A DNA stretch of 64,000 bases from Desulfobacterales bacterium (lineage in GTDB: Bacteria > Desulfobacterota > Desulfobacteria > Desulfobacterales > UBA5852): assembly GCA_963674755.2 (NCBI GenBank), contig CAXXVS010000002.1, positions 1,216,001 to 1,280,000 of the forward strand. The letters run 5' to 3'. How positions within the stretch are numbered: the first letter of the stretch is position 1; each line of letters opens with the position of its first letter. Positions 52,770 through 62,900 of the stretch are shown one piece after another. The notes below the pieces were generated by a model that was not told the origin of the DNA, made no database searches, and saw nothing but the letters and a program-made list of their open reading frames with translations. The position numbers and the translations under genes are program-made.

Positions 52770-53513
52770 TTAACTGTCATTGTCATCCAGCTGAGCATAA
52801 GACTTTCCACTGTCAAGAAGCACAGCTACAGATATTTGAGTGCGATCACTGAAGTTGTATGGGAAACCTTTATAACGAGCGGAAGCTATTTTCTGTAAAA
52901 TCTTCATGTCGCGCCCAGGATAGATTTCTGTCATAAAGCCCTTTTGGTATAACGCAAGGAAAACGGCAATCTCCTCGATAATGTATTCGCGGAGCCTGTT
53001 CTTTTTCACGTCTGTTATGTTCTCAAATGACTTATGGGACAGGCGAGTTGTGCTATCGAGCATCAGCGCTATCTGTTGCTCCATATCTTCATTGAAGCAT
53101 TGATTTTTCGATGCAAAATCCCGAATCGCAGATAGGATCTTTTGGCCTTCGGAAGTTTCTATTACATGTCGACTGGATTCCACTCTAACGTTACCGATAG
53201 CGTTATAATCCTTAAGCACTGCCTTGATGTTGTTTACTATTTTTTGCCCTCGTCGTCCAGTTTTCACTTCAGACTTATCTTCGGTTAAATCTTCAAAAAC
53301 CATTAAATTGTGTCTTTCCATGTAATCGCCGATGATGATCCTTGGTTTTTCGCAGTTTGATATCACCCAGGGGATATACTCCCAGAGAAAAGGTTTGTTC
53401 TCCATAAATGAATACAAGCATATAGGGATGAAACACGAAGGCGTCGGCTGCGGACTTAAAAAATTGTCCACGTTGGGGCCGCGCGTCTCAGAGTGGTTGA
53501 TTTCAATTGGCAT
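52770..53513 (-). CDS. tRNA-dependent cyclodipeptide synthase (CDPS)-like protein, XYP-type
   Basis: 247 aa; CFIPICLYS (GxSxxN-equivalent strand), IIIGDYMERHN, EYIIEEIA (YxxxE) and IYPG; AAGGA SD before ATG 53513. Confidence 0.7.
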   Translation of the reverse strand: MPIEINHSETRGPNVDNFLSPQPTPSCFIPICLYSFMENKPFLWEYIPWVISNCEKPRIIIGDYMERHNLMVFEDLTEDKSEVKTGRRGQKIVNNIKAVLKDYNAIGNVRVESSRHVIETSEGQKILSAIRDFASKNQCFNEDMEQQIALMLDSTTRLSHKSFENITDVKKNRLREYIIEEIAVFLALYQKGFMTEIYPGRDMKILQKIASARYKGFPYNFSDRTQISVAVLLDSGKSYAQLDDNDS

Positions 53514-53667
53514 TAGAATCCTTTTTAATAAAGTCGCTTTTACCCTCATCAAGAACTGAAAAGCTGATGTTCTTTGTCATTATTTGACTCGCCCCATGCA
53601 AAATTCCCTTCAGCTTTAGCCAGGGTAGCTTTGCTAAGTTTTTCATGACCACAGTCTTAAGGGCCGT

Positions 53668-53834
53668 TGATAAACTCTGACAAAAATCAAATCTCGAACC
53701 CTCCATAGGTTTTTATGGGGCAGGCCGATGCTGCATCCTGACAACCACTGACAAACCCTGTCCCGGAAACCCCGCAAAGGTTCCTTAAATATAAATGACC
53801 TTGCCAACCTTGGCATCCTGACAACCGCTGACAA
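53668..53834. repeat. Three TGAYAA-N4-TGACAA boxes
   Basis: At 53668-53683, 53739-53754 and 53819-53834. The last two lie in a 22-bp direct repeat GCATCCTGACAACC(A/G)CTGACAA. Confidence 0.75.
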
Positions 53835-53952
53835 GATCGGCTGGAATAGGTCGGTTGCAAGACGATAGAATCACAACCCACTGAAATACAAAAAAAATTC
53901 CCGACAAGACAAGCGGGAACCACGTCTGAAAAGGGGAGTCTCTATGGGGCTT

Positions 53953-54717
53953 TCAAGATGGTTGACAATATGCGAGAATGATGGCCACCTCCACGCCATG
54001 AAAAAGAGCGCACTTAACAACAGCTGAAGTTGTGCATTTCTGCGGATCACGCGCAAAGAGCAACACAGCAGCATTCGTGAGTTTGCCGTCCTCAAGTATC
54101 TTCAGGTGGGTCAGTGTCTCTTCAGGCGAAGCCGCTGTTGACAGGTTGAGGTTTCGCTCCTGACGGGCGGTTTTCAAAAACCACTTAATCTTGTCGGGCG
54201 AGACATCGCTTAGAGAGGTACCAGAGCACGCGGCCGCATCGAAGGGCTTGCTCTGGATGATTCCTCGGTCCTCTAAATACTCGATGAGACTGTCATAGAC
54301 GAGTGATGTAAGGTCTGCAGGGTTGTAAAAACGCCGATATGTCAGTTGGTTCTTTGCTTTTGTGGTCAGCTCCGCCATCTTTGGATGCTGCTTTTCCCTA
54401 CCCAGCTGCTTCAAGAATACCAATCGGTGTTTCGACAGCTCCGTTGCAAGATCGAACTCACGCTCAGTCGGAGAAATACCATCCTTTGGGTCCTCCCAAC
54501 CATACTCTTTTGCAAACACGGCCAGGAAAATGGCGCATTGGTCTACCTTGTCGAGATACAGATTGTCGGGTCGACGATCTTTGGCTGGCAGATCTTCAAA
54601 CAGAAACACATTGAAATGCCGGGACAAGAGGCGATTGCCCATTATGAAATCACGAAGGGCTTTGCGCTCGTCGGATAGTTCCTTCTGTACGCTGCTGATG
54701 AAGATCAATTCCTTCAT
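53953..54717 (-). pseudogene. DUF4062-domain protein, probably C-terminally truncated
   Basis: IFISSVQKELSDER, SPTEREF and LTNAAVLLF...VKCALFHG, then an abrupt end. Such proteins normally continue into an HATPase-like region. Confidence 0.65.
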
Positions 54718-54956
54718 GATTGTCCTCGATGTTCCTGAGACCTCACCTCACCATCGAGCAGGTCCAAGTCTTTCCGAGCTTTCTTTAAAATCAGGGCTGC
54801 GCATTCCATACAATAATTGTTTTTCGCCATGTTTTCTTTAATTACCAAGCACTTGTCGCCTTTGCATATCACGTGCCCCTTGTTGCGGGAGCATTGCCGC
54901 CGTCGCTGGGCGGTTTCGAAACAGGCGGATACGAGAAGGCGTTTAAGCTTGGGCAT
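54714..54956 (-). CDS. Small Cys-rich hypothetical protein
   Basis: AAGGAG SD; CSRNKGHVICKGDKC...YCMEC; 3 bp after the helicase stop and ATGA-coupled to DUF4062. Confidence 0.65.
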   Translation of the reverse strand: MPKLKRLLVSACFETAQRRRQCSRNKGHVICKGDKCLVIKENMAKNNYCMECAALILKKARKDLDLLDGEVRSQEHRGQS

Positions 54957-54959
54957 AAG

Positions 54960-56819
54960 TCATCTCCTTGAAAGGCGCTCCTGGATGTCGGCTTGGACCT
55001 CGTCGCCGATCTGGTCAATCTGTTCCAGAACCTCCTCAAGTCTCTCCAAAGGAATCTCGCCGCGGGTTCCAACATCGGTCTCGAGTCGCTCATTGACGGC
55101 GCGATTCACAATCTGCACAACGGCCGCGTAATTGTTTACGCTTCGTAGTTCAGGATAGGCCAAAGCGATGTTTCGGCCGTTGATGGATGCACCGATGGCG
55201 TTCACAATTCGGCTCGCCAGGGCCCGGGAGCGTTCGTTGAGCCTTCGACGGGCTTCCTGGCGGCGACGCTGAGGAGTCACCGGTATCTCACGAGGCTCCA
55301 TACCCTCCCTGGTCCTTGCCTGGATGAGGCGTTGTCGAAGGTTGTCTCGGGACAATCCGAGAGATTCCGGATCAAGACCCCTTCTCCGGAATTCCTCTAC
55401 CAGGTCGTCAATAACAGCATCATCCATCGGGTCCAGGTATGCCTGCTCGATGAAATGACTGATGATTTCATCCTGAACCACCATGTCCGGGGTGAGCCGT
55501 CGTCTCCGGCCTGGTTCATTCGCAGGTGGGCGCTCGTCGCCAGATTCGAGCCAACCATGAATGAGCTCCTGGTCCTCCCGGTCAATGCGACGGAAATCAT
55601 CCCAATGTCGGTCGATGTTGAGTCCCACGTGTGAGACCGCCACACCTCGGTTATCCGGGTGTTGTGGATTGTTCTGGTGGATCACCCGCATGACCCTTCC
55701 GATGAACTGGACATAGGGCGACAGGGACCGGAATGGTTGAAAGATCGCAGCTACACTTAGGTTGGGATGGTCGAATCCCTCGCCGAGCATTCGGACCTGA
55801 ACGATGCAATCGATCCGGCTTCGGCGCAGATCTTGGAGCACCTCCTCGATCTGGTCCGCCGGCATGTTGCTGTGGATTTCACGCGCGTTCAAGCCGCGCT
55901 CTGCATAGAGCGAGCGTACTTGGCGGGAATGGTCCACCGAGCAGGCTACTGCGATCAACTGATGAAAGGTTCCGGACTGTCGCAGGTGCTGAAGCCATTG
56001 AATGCTGGCGTCCACGATGGACCGGTTGCATTCCGGGGCCAGGGCCACACCCCGGCTGAACCATTCCTCGTCCCGCAGTTGAAGGACCTCATCAAGCGTG
56101 TGATGCCTGGAATCCCCCCGATAGGTGAAGGATATCTCCTGTGGAGCGACGTTTACCGCAGTGATCTGCTTGATATACCCCCGCACCATGGCTGTGCGGA
56201 AGGGGTAAGCGTAGACCAACTCACCTGCAATCTCGCGACCATCGCCTCTAAACGGCGTGGCGGTCAGACTCACGACCTTGGCATTGGGGAACCGCTCAAA
56301 AACGCGCTCCCAGCTTCTGGCCACATTGTGGTGACCCTCGTCAACCATGATCAGGTCGAAAAAATCATCCGGGAAAGCAGGCAGCCATCGATCAGCTCGA
56401 CTCGCCAGCTGCTGGATGTTGGTTACAACGATGTGGGAGTTTTCGCAGTCGTGGATATTCGCATCCTGACCGTCCAGAACAGCAGTATATGGGCCATGAT
56501 TTACATCGGTGAGGACGCGCGTGTAGGTCCAGAAGCAGTCCCGCCCGGCAATATCGAAAGCCGTAGAGATGCCCCGGCGTATCTCAAGATTCGGAGCGAT
56601 CACCAAGACACGACCCTGGGCGATACCGAAGGGTAGGAGTGCCATGAGCCCAGTTTTGCCACAACCCACCGGAATCTGGAGAATGGCGTGCTCGGAACTG
56701 TTCCGAAAGTGCTGGCGAGTACGGAACCATCCCTCGACCTGGGGATCGCGCAGGTCGGGATTACCCTGGATATACGCCTGGGTATCGTTGAAAAACCGTG
56801 CTATTTCATCGTTCGTCAT
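54960..56819 (-). CDS. SF2 DEAD/DEAH-box (ResIII-like) helicase
   Basis: PVGCGKT, VDEGHH, LTATPFRGD, EGFDHP and QFIGRVMR. ATG 56819 preferred to 56906. Confidence 0.88.
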   Translation of the reverse strand: MTNDEIARFFNDTQAYIQGNPDLRDPQVEGWFRTRQHFRNSSEHAILQIPVGCGKTGLMALLPFGIAQGRVLVIAPNLEIRRGISTAFDIAGRDCFWTYTRVLTDVNHGPYTAVLDGQDANIHDCENSHIVVTNIQQLASRADRWLPAFPDDFFDLIMVDEGHHNVARSWERVFERFPNAKVVSLTATPFRGDGREIAGELVYAYPFRTAMVRGYIKQITAVNVAPQEISFTYRGDSRHHTLDEVLQLRDEEWFSRGVALAPECNRSIVDASIQWLQHLRQSGTFHQLIAVACSVDHSRQVRSLYAERGLNAREIHSNMPADQIEEVLQDLRRSRIDCIVQVRMLGEGFDHPNLSVAAIFQPFRSLSPYVQFIGRVMRVIHQNNPQHPDNRGVAVSHVGLNIDRHWDDFRRIDREDQELIHGWLESGDERPPANEPGRRRRLTPDMVVQDEIISHFIEQAYLDPMDDAVIDDLVEEFRRRGLDPESLGLSRDNLRQRLIQARTREGMEPREIPVTPQRRRQEARRRLNERSRALASRIVNAIGASINGRNIALAYPELRSVNNYAAVVQIVNRAVNERLETDVGTRGEIPLERLEEVLEQIDQIGDEVQADIQERLSRR

Positions 56820-56829
56820 TTGTAGCTCA

Positions 56830-56997
56830 GCCCCCTCTCCGATCTTATCGTGAACCCATTTGAAGAGATACTCGCTGACCGCCGCTCGGAATTGATCCTC
56901 TTTCATAAATTTCGATGTGATTGGCCAATTTGGTCAATGAAAAGTCCCTCCAAGGCCTCGAAAAACGAGGTAGCCGAAGTTTTCCAGGGTGTTGCCA
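56830..56997 (-). pseudogene. Frameshifted remnant resembling the C-terminal tail of type I restriction subunit HsdR
   Basis: Three frames give GNTLENFGY, ALEGLFIDQ and ITSKFMKEDQFRAAVSEYLFKWVHDKI. Confidence 0.55.
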
Positions 56998-57001
56998 TCC
57001 T

Positions 57002-59959
57002 CTATTCCACGTTGTCATTTAACCCCAGTCCCCTTAAGGCCGCACGGATGTCGTCTATTTGCCGTTCGCCGAGGCCTCCTTCTGGTGAGGACTCAACATT
57101 CACTGTAATCTTCAGGCCGCCGGCCGATACGAGTTTTGAAAGCACCTTCGTGTAAAAATTCATCCATTTCTGAGGAGGAATTTCGCCTGACCATTTCATT
57201 GTCTGCTCAGACGGAGGTGAAACAGGTGTCGGTTTTTCTCCTGCAGGACTTGGTTCCTTGGCTACAGAAACACCGGCCTCGCCCTTTACACCCATGGCTT
57301 TTACAACAACAAGAAACCGTCCCTCGTCTTCCCCTGCTTGAAAGACGCCCTGCTCATCCATGACTCCGCCGGTCGCGTTCCATTCGAGTTCTGTACATTC
57401 GAAGTCACGGCCAAACTGATCCAATCCTTTTGCACTGAATGTTTGTTTTGTTCCCGGTTTCATCTGCGCATATTCAGGGGTGACAAGGATACGAGCCAGT
57501 TCCGGAGGCTTGATGTGTTTCTCTGCATCTTCTGCTGTGATGATGAAGACATCATCTGAAATCTCGACATCGTGCTCGTTAAGGGCTTGCTTGTAGATGA
57601 AGGGATCATATCCGTCCGTTCCCTGGGACACATAGGCCATTTGTCCTTCTGAAACACCCCGGGCAATGGCCCCTTTGACGGCCTCAACGCTCAGTAAACG
57701 AGGGAATAGCGGGGATGCGAAGAACGTATCCCTGACATCCTTTGTGCTCCACTCCGGCTTGGCGGGCGGCCAGTTCTTGAGCAAAAACCTCGGGCTGACC
57801 GCCTTCACAATCTCGTCATTCTGCCGCAATGTGGATAAAATCAGCTTAGTTGGCGACTCGGCAGAACTTGACGTTACCAATCCGAGATCGACCGTTTTAA
57901 GCGCACCGTCTTTTCCCAGAAACATAACCTTATTATAACTGCGCCAGACGCTTTCTTTCAGGTCTCGGCGCGCGCGCTTCAAATGCTCGGCCAATTGTCG
58001 CCGCTGGCCGTCGTCGAGGTTCATCGTGCCTTTTTCGGCATCGATTGCCTCCCATGCCAGCAATTTACGGGCGTCATCCCTCATGACGTCCGCGTTGTCC
58101 GGCACCACCCATATCAAAGCGCTTTTGAACGTGCGCATGGAACTGCCGGATTCTTTTGTCATGGCGGTGATTTCGGAAACAAGTTCCGGTGTATCTCGCA
58201 AGGATTTCTCTGGCGGACCGATTACAAGGGTAATAACAGGCCGATTGGGAATTTGTCCGCTTTTCTCGGGAAAGAATATGCGCTCCAGCCCATCTGCATT
58301 TGCAAACACCTTTTCAACCTGCTCACGAACCAACCGCGCAACATCCTCTTCTTTTACCCCGGCGCGCCGGTCCGAGTAGCGTTTGTTGAGGTTCTCCATC
58401 ATGCTGAAGTAGTAGCTGTTGCGTTCAAGGGTCAGGTAGTAGCATCGGTCGGTTAATGACTCCAGGGCCGTTTCGACATTTCCGATATCAATGGTCGGTC
58501 CGGCAACAGCCAGTCGCAGCTCCGGGACCGTCGCTGACTGCCTCTTCTCACCCTGGCCGCCGTTCGACTCAAAAAACACAGCTGTGGCGGATTTCTGGTG
58601 GACGCATGCTTTGCGAAGGGTTTCTCCTGCCTCTTTGTCCAGGAGTACGGCATGCGATTCTTTGCTACCCGAAATGTCAGTCGCAACGGCACCCTCCAAT
58701 CGTGACTCGCCGAGTTGTTCGAATACCGCCGTACGAAATTGGGAATCACCCAGTGGAGCGGAACCCAGACTGATCAACAATTCCCTCTGAGCCCCTTTGA
58801 ACCCACTCTGGAATGCATGGGAAACCCACAGGGCCAAAAGTCGCAGGACGCCACGGGTCTGTTGAAAACGCGGCAGCTCGCGCCACTTGCGCTCGAAAAC
58901 CGAGATTACCATCGGGTGGAAGGGATAGGTTGTCTCGAATGCATCCTGGGCATGGTCGGTGAACCAGTTGGGAACCTGGTTGCGGTTGTCCTGAATCCAA
59001 TCCGCATATTCTTTGCAGGCATTCACGGCATCCCTTGGTAGCAATAGCCGTCCCTCCGCGCCAACGGTCCGAAGGTCCCACTCGAACAAGCGCCTGCGGA
59101 TGATTTCAGACATCTCATTTTCGGCGGACATAATGACCGGCTTACCCTTGCGGTCCAGCATCTTCTTAAGACGCGTATAGTCCGCTTCGTCGTCCGCTCC
59201 CATTTCCAGTTCCGAGGCGGGAATCGACACCACTGTGACCACGCGATCCATCCCCGCTATTTCCTCGGAGAGTTTCATCAGAAAGTTATACATCTCCCCA
59301 GCTTTTTTGGTTTTGCGCTCGGTACTGACGTAGTTCATAACTTCGTCAATCAAAAGCAAGGCGGGTTTATCGTTCGGGATCATTCTCCTGATGACATCCC
59401 CCGCCGGGGCAATCCCTTGCGCATCGTGTTCTCGCACGATATCAAAAGAGGCTTCCCCACCCAGTTGCCACGCCAGCTCGCCCCATGGCGTACGGCGCTG
59501 GGGTGTGCCGTCGTCGCCACCACGTCCGGTCAGCACATCGAAGCGTGTGCCAACGAAAATTCCGACATTTGCCTTTGGAATCTCGCTGACGCCCCCGGCC
59601 TGAAGAATGGATTGGACGCCCATGAACGCCTTAGCCGCATCCCCGGATGTCGCCAAATGATAGAGCAGCGCCAGAGAGTGGGTCTTGCCGCCGCCGAATT
59701 GCGTCGTCATGTTATAAAGGGCTGACGATTCGGTATGAATGCCGTTCAAACGGCGTAACGCTTCTCCAGATACAGCGCGAAGGTTTCTGGTCAGGAAGGT
59801 TCGCTCGAAGAACCGCACCGGATCCTGATAGTCAGGATGGGCGTCACCGTCGCGAATGTGATCCAGATGAACCGCAAATTCAGAGGCGTCCAGGGGACGG
59901 CCCTCCCGCAGATCCTCGCGAGGGGTAACTACTTTATACCAAGGCTTCAATGTGGGCAT
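57002..59959 (-). CDS. DUF499 AAA+ ATPase
   Basis: KPWYKVVTPREDL, EFAVHL, Walker A QFGGGKTH, Walker B LLLIDE, YPFHP and FQQTRGVLRLLA. Confidence 0.9.
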   Translation of the reverse strand: MPTLKPWYKVVTPREDLREGRPLDASEFAVHLDHIRDGDAHPDYQDPVRFFERTFLTRNLRAVSGEALRRLNGIHTESSALYNMTTQFGGGKTHSLALLYHLATSGDAAKAFMGVQSILQAGGVSEIPKANVGIFVGTRFDVLTGRGGDDGTPQRRTPWGELAWQLGGEASFDIVREHDAQGIAPAGDVIRRMIPNDKPALLLIDEVMNYVSTERKTKKAGEMYNFLMKLSEEIAGMDRVVTVVSIPASELEMGADDEADYTRLKKMLDRKGKPVIMSAENEMSEIIRRRLFEWDLRTVGAEGRLLLPRDAVNACKEYADWIQDNRNQVPNWFTDHAQDAFETTYPFHPMVISVFERKWRELPRFQQTRGVLRLLALWVSHAFQSGFKGAQRELLISLGSAPLGDSQFRTAVFEQLGESRLEGAVATDISGSKESHAVLLDKEAGETLRKACVHQKSATAVFFESNGGQGEKRQSATVPELRLAVAGPTIDIGNVETALESLTDRCYYLTLERNSYYFSMMENLNKRYSDRRAGVKEEDVARLVREQVEKVFANADGLERIFFPEKSGQIPNRPVITLVIGPPEKSLRDTPELVSEITAMTKESGSSMRTFKSALIWVVPDNADVMRDDARKLLAWEAIDAEKGTMNLDDGQRRQLAEHLKRARRDLKESVWRSYNKVMFLGKDGALKTVDLGLVTSSSAESPTKLILSTLRQNDEIVKAVSPRFLLKNWPPAKPEWSTKDVRDTFFASPLFPRLLSVEAVKGAIARGVSEGQMAYVSQGTDGYDPFIYKQALNEHDVEISDDVFIITAEDAEKHIKPPELARILVTPEYAQMKPGTKQTFSAKGLDQFGRDFECTELEWNATGGVMDEQGVFQAGEDEGRFLVVVKAMGVKGEAGVSVAKEPSPAGEKPTPVSPPSEQTMKWSGEIPPQKWMNFYTKVLSKLVSAGGLKITVNVESSPEGGLGERQIDDIRAALRGLGLNDNVE

Positions 59960-59977
59960 AGGTCGTTCCTTTATCCT

Positions 59978-62900
59978 TTAGAATCCAAGTCCTTTTTTTC
60001 GTGCAAGCACGCCGTCGACCCAGCGTTTTTCGTTGGTATGGGACGGATAAAGCGCTGAGAACGCCTGGGCGAGCGTCCAAAACTGCGGATTCGCGCCGAT
60101 GCCGTCATCCACCAAAAAGCGCTTGAGAGCCGCGCCTCGACCCGCCGTAAATAACAGCATCGCCTGGTGTAATTGGTCCAGTGCCGTTTTACCTGCCGGG
60201 GGCCGCTCGAGTTCAGCCCGTTCCGCCGCGGCTTCTTCCTCGTCGGGCACTCCCAGGAGCGAGAACAGGTCTTGTTGAACCGGCCCCACCTTTTTTTTGC
60301 TGCGTTTGGCTGTCGCCCGGACATCCTCTTTGCCGAAAAGATACCGCGCCCGCGATTCCGCTGACAGCAACATAGCCTTATCCCCCTTAACCTCAACCAA
60401 GTGGGTCAGGTTCTCCAGGTGACATCCCAGACCCTGGGCGATTTTGCGAGCCGCATCGTATTCGAGGGTGTAGCCCGGCAGGCTCGTAACTTTGTCCTCG
60501 TCCTCGCCATTGCCATTCGCCTCGGTTCGCAAGGTCCAGAGCCACATGGCCGTCAACCGGGCATCCTCCTCAAAGCCACTGGCGTCCGCGCCCTCAAAGA
60601 TCATGTTAAGGGCCTGCCGTGCCACCTCGGCCCAGACCTGTTCCAGATATTCGCGCAACGGAACAATTTCACCGCTGGCCTTCTCGACTGATGAGTATCG
60701 CGAGAAAATCTCCAACGCAGGGCCGAGGCAGGCAAAGATAGCATCGGCCCCAACCACCCCCTCAGAAGCCAGACGTGGAAGCCACTGCGCGATCCTTCTG
60801 GGAAGTTCCGCCAATACGTCTCGCCAGTCACCTATGCGTTCATTAAGGTTTCCGTCTTTGTCCTCCCGAGGACGACAGACAAGGTGAACGGAGGACGCTA
60901 AGGCTGCGGAGGAATTTGCCCTAACTCTTCCTGCTCTCTCCGTATCAATTGGCCAGGACCCAGTTACGATCCATCCGGAATCAACAATCGCCTGAATCTG
61001 CGATTCCCAGCCATGGGTAGACTTATGGGCGAAAACAACGACACCGACACCGTGTGGTTTTGTGAGTCTTCTTGCTTCAATCAAAGCCTGACTCATCGTA
61101 TTCTCAAAGAACGCAGCATCATGGCCCTTTGTTTTATCGACAACGCACTCCTGTTCCTTCGGCGCGAGTTCTGCAAATGGTCTTGCTGCATCTATAATCC
61201 CAAGCGATCTCTTCAGCCACACAACGAAGAAATCAGATAAATCGGCGTATGGAATCGCATCATAGTAAGGAGGATCTGTTACAAAAGCATCGACACAATC
61301 GTCTGGCAATGGATGATTTGTTGCGCTTCCCTGTTCGATGCGTCCCCCCCTATGCCCCGCATTAGCCTCTGCCTTCAACGGACTAAGAAGGAAGTTGAGG
61401 TTATGACTCCAACCACCTGAGCTGCTCGCAAACGGAAATGCTTCCGCAAAATCCCAGACCATCGCTAATGCGTGACGGCTGAAAGTCCCTCGAACTGTTT
61501 CTTGGCTGGCTGGCGAAGACCAGGAGGCTAGTGAGGAGCCGTAATCTGCCATCTTGTCAACGTTCAGTGCCAACACGGTTTGGACTGCATCTCTGAGCCC
61601 ATCATCGTGGAGTTCCTCAAGCTTCGATCCTACTTCCCGAACCTTTTCGGACAATGTCGCCAGGGATAGCGCCTGCCGAGGACTGAAGAGATCCCCCCAG
61701 TGTTTGATTCCATAGAGTTGCACCCGGAAACCCAATGTCCCTTGCTTCGGCAAGGACTCATCCGGTATCAGACTGAACGAGAGATTGCCTGCTAATTGCT
61801 TCTGCTGAAGCAATTCTTTAGCATTCGCAACCGCTTCCATATCTTGGATCGTTGGCAAACGATAAAAACGGCCCTGTTCGTTTGGACGTTTGGTGACCAC
61901 GCAGAATAGTCGCGCAGATGAAGCCCCTCCTTTTCGTAAGGATAGCTGCCGACGGACACTGGTAGCGGGCGTGGTATAACCACAGCAAAGACAAGAGGCC
62001 GAGCCCTTCTGAGTCGTCCCCCGATGCACCTCAGATGGCTTGGAGCCTTTGACAACATCGAAATCCACTCGGCCAAGATCTGGTTTATCTATTATTCTCA
62101 ATGACCATGAATTATGGGGCTTTCTCCCCAGCCATAAGGATTTCACTAAGGGTACTTCGGCTCCACAACCTGGGCCTTCGCAGGTAATCGTCCGCGCCCA
62201 GAGATAGGCAATCGGAGTCGCCCCGTCTTCGTCCTTCGGGTAGAACTCTGCGAGTTCCTTCTCGGCCTGTTCTTTGATCCACTTGCCCCATTTCTCGACT
62301 TCGTCTGCCAATCGCCGGCCGTATTTAGGGATATATTCAAGTACTACTTTGTTCAGCAAAACGGCCACGGGATTGAGGTCGCTGGCAAAAGCATCGGCCC
62401 CACAGCGCAACCCTTCGAGGGGGATCGCACCACCGCCGGCAAAGGGATCGACAAGTAACGGTCTATGCGCATCCTTAATGGTATCATTGAGAATTTCAAC
62501 GCTTATGGATTTGGGAAGCGAAAAGGTGTTGAAAGCTTCCAGCGCGTCATGCGCGGCAACGGTCAGCGTCCTAGCAACAGCCAGGTATTCGGCATTGGTC
62601 GAGTTATCCCAGTTGGCAAAGTCGGCAATAAAATCGAGCAAGGCCTTGCGCAACTCCATCCTGTCATCGAGACAGGCTGGTGTCCTGGCGATTTTGTTGA
62701 ACCGCGGATAGCTGTCTGCGCTGCATTTTTGAAGGTACCTTTCGCCCCAATAAAACATCAGCCTCTTGGCCGTTTCGACAAACCGTGTTGGACAGGCTTC
62801 ATCGCCCGGATCGGGCCACAACGAAGCGCACACAACTGCCCGGCACGCCGCCAACGGCCGTCGCGCCCACCAGATATGAAGTGTTGATATATGTCCATGC

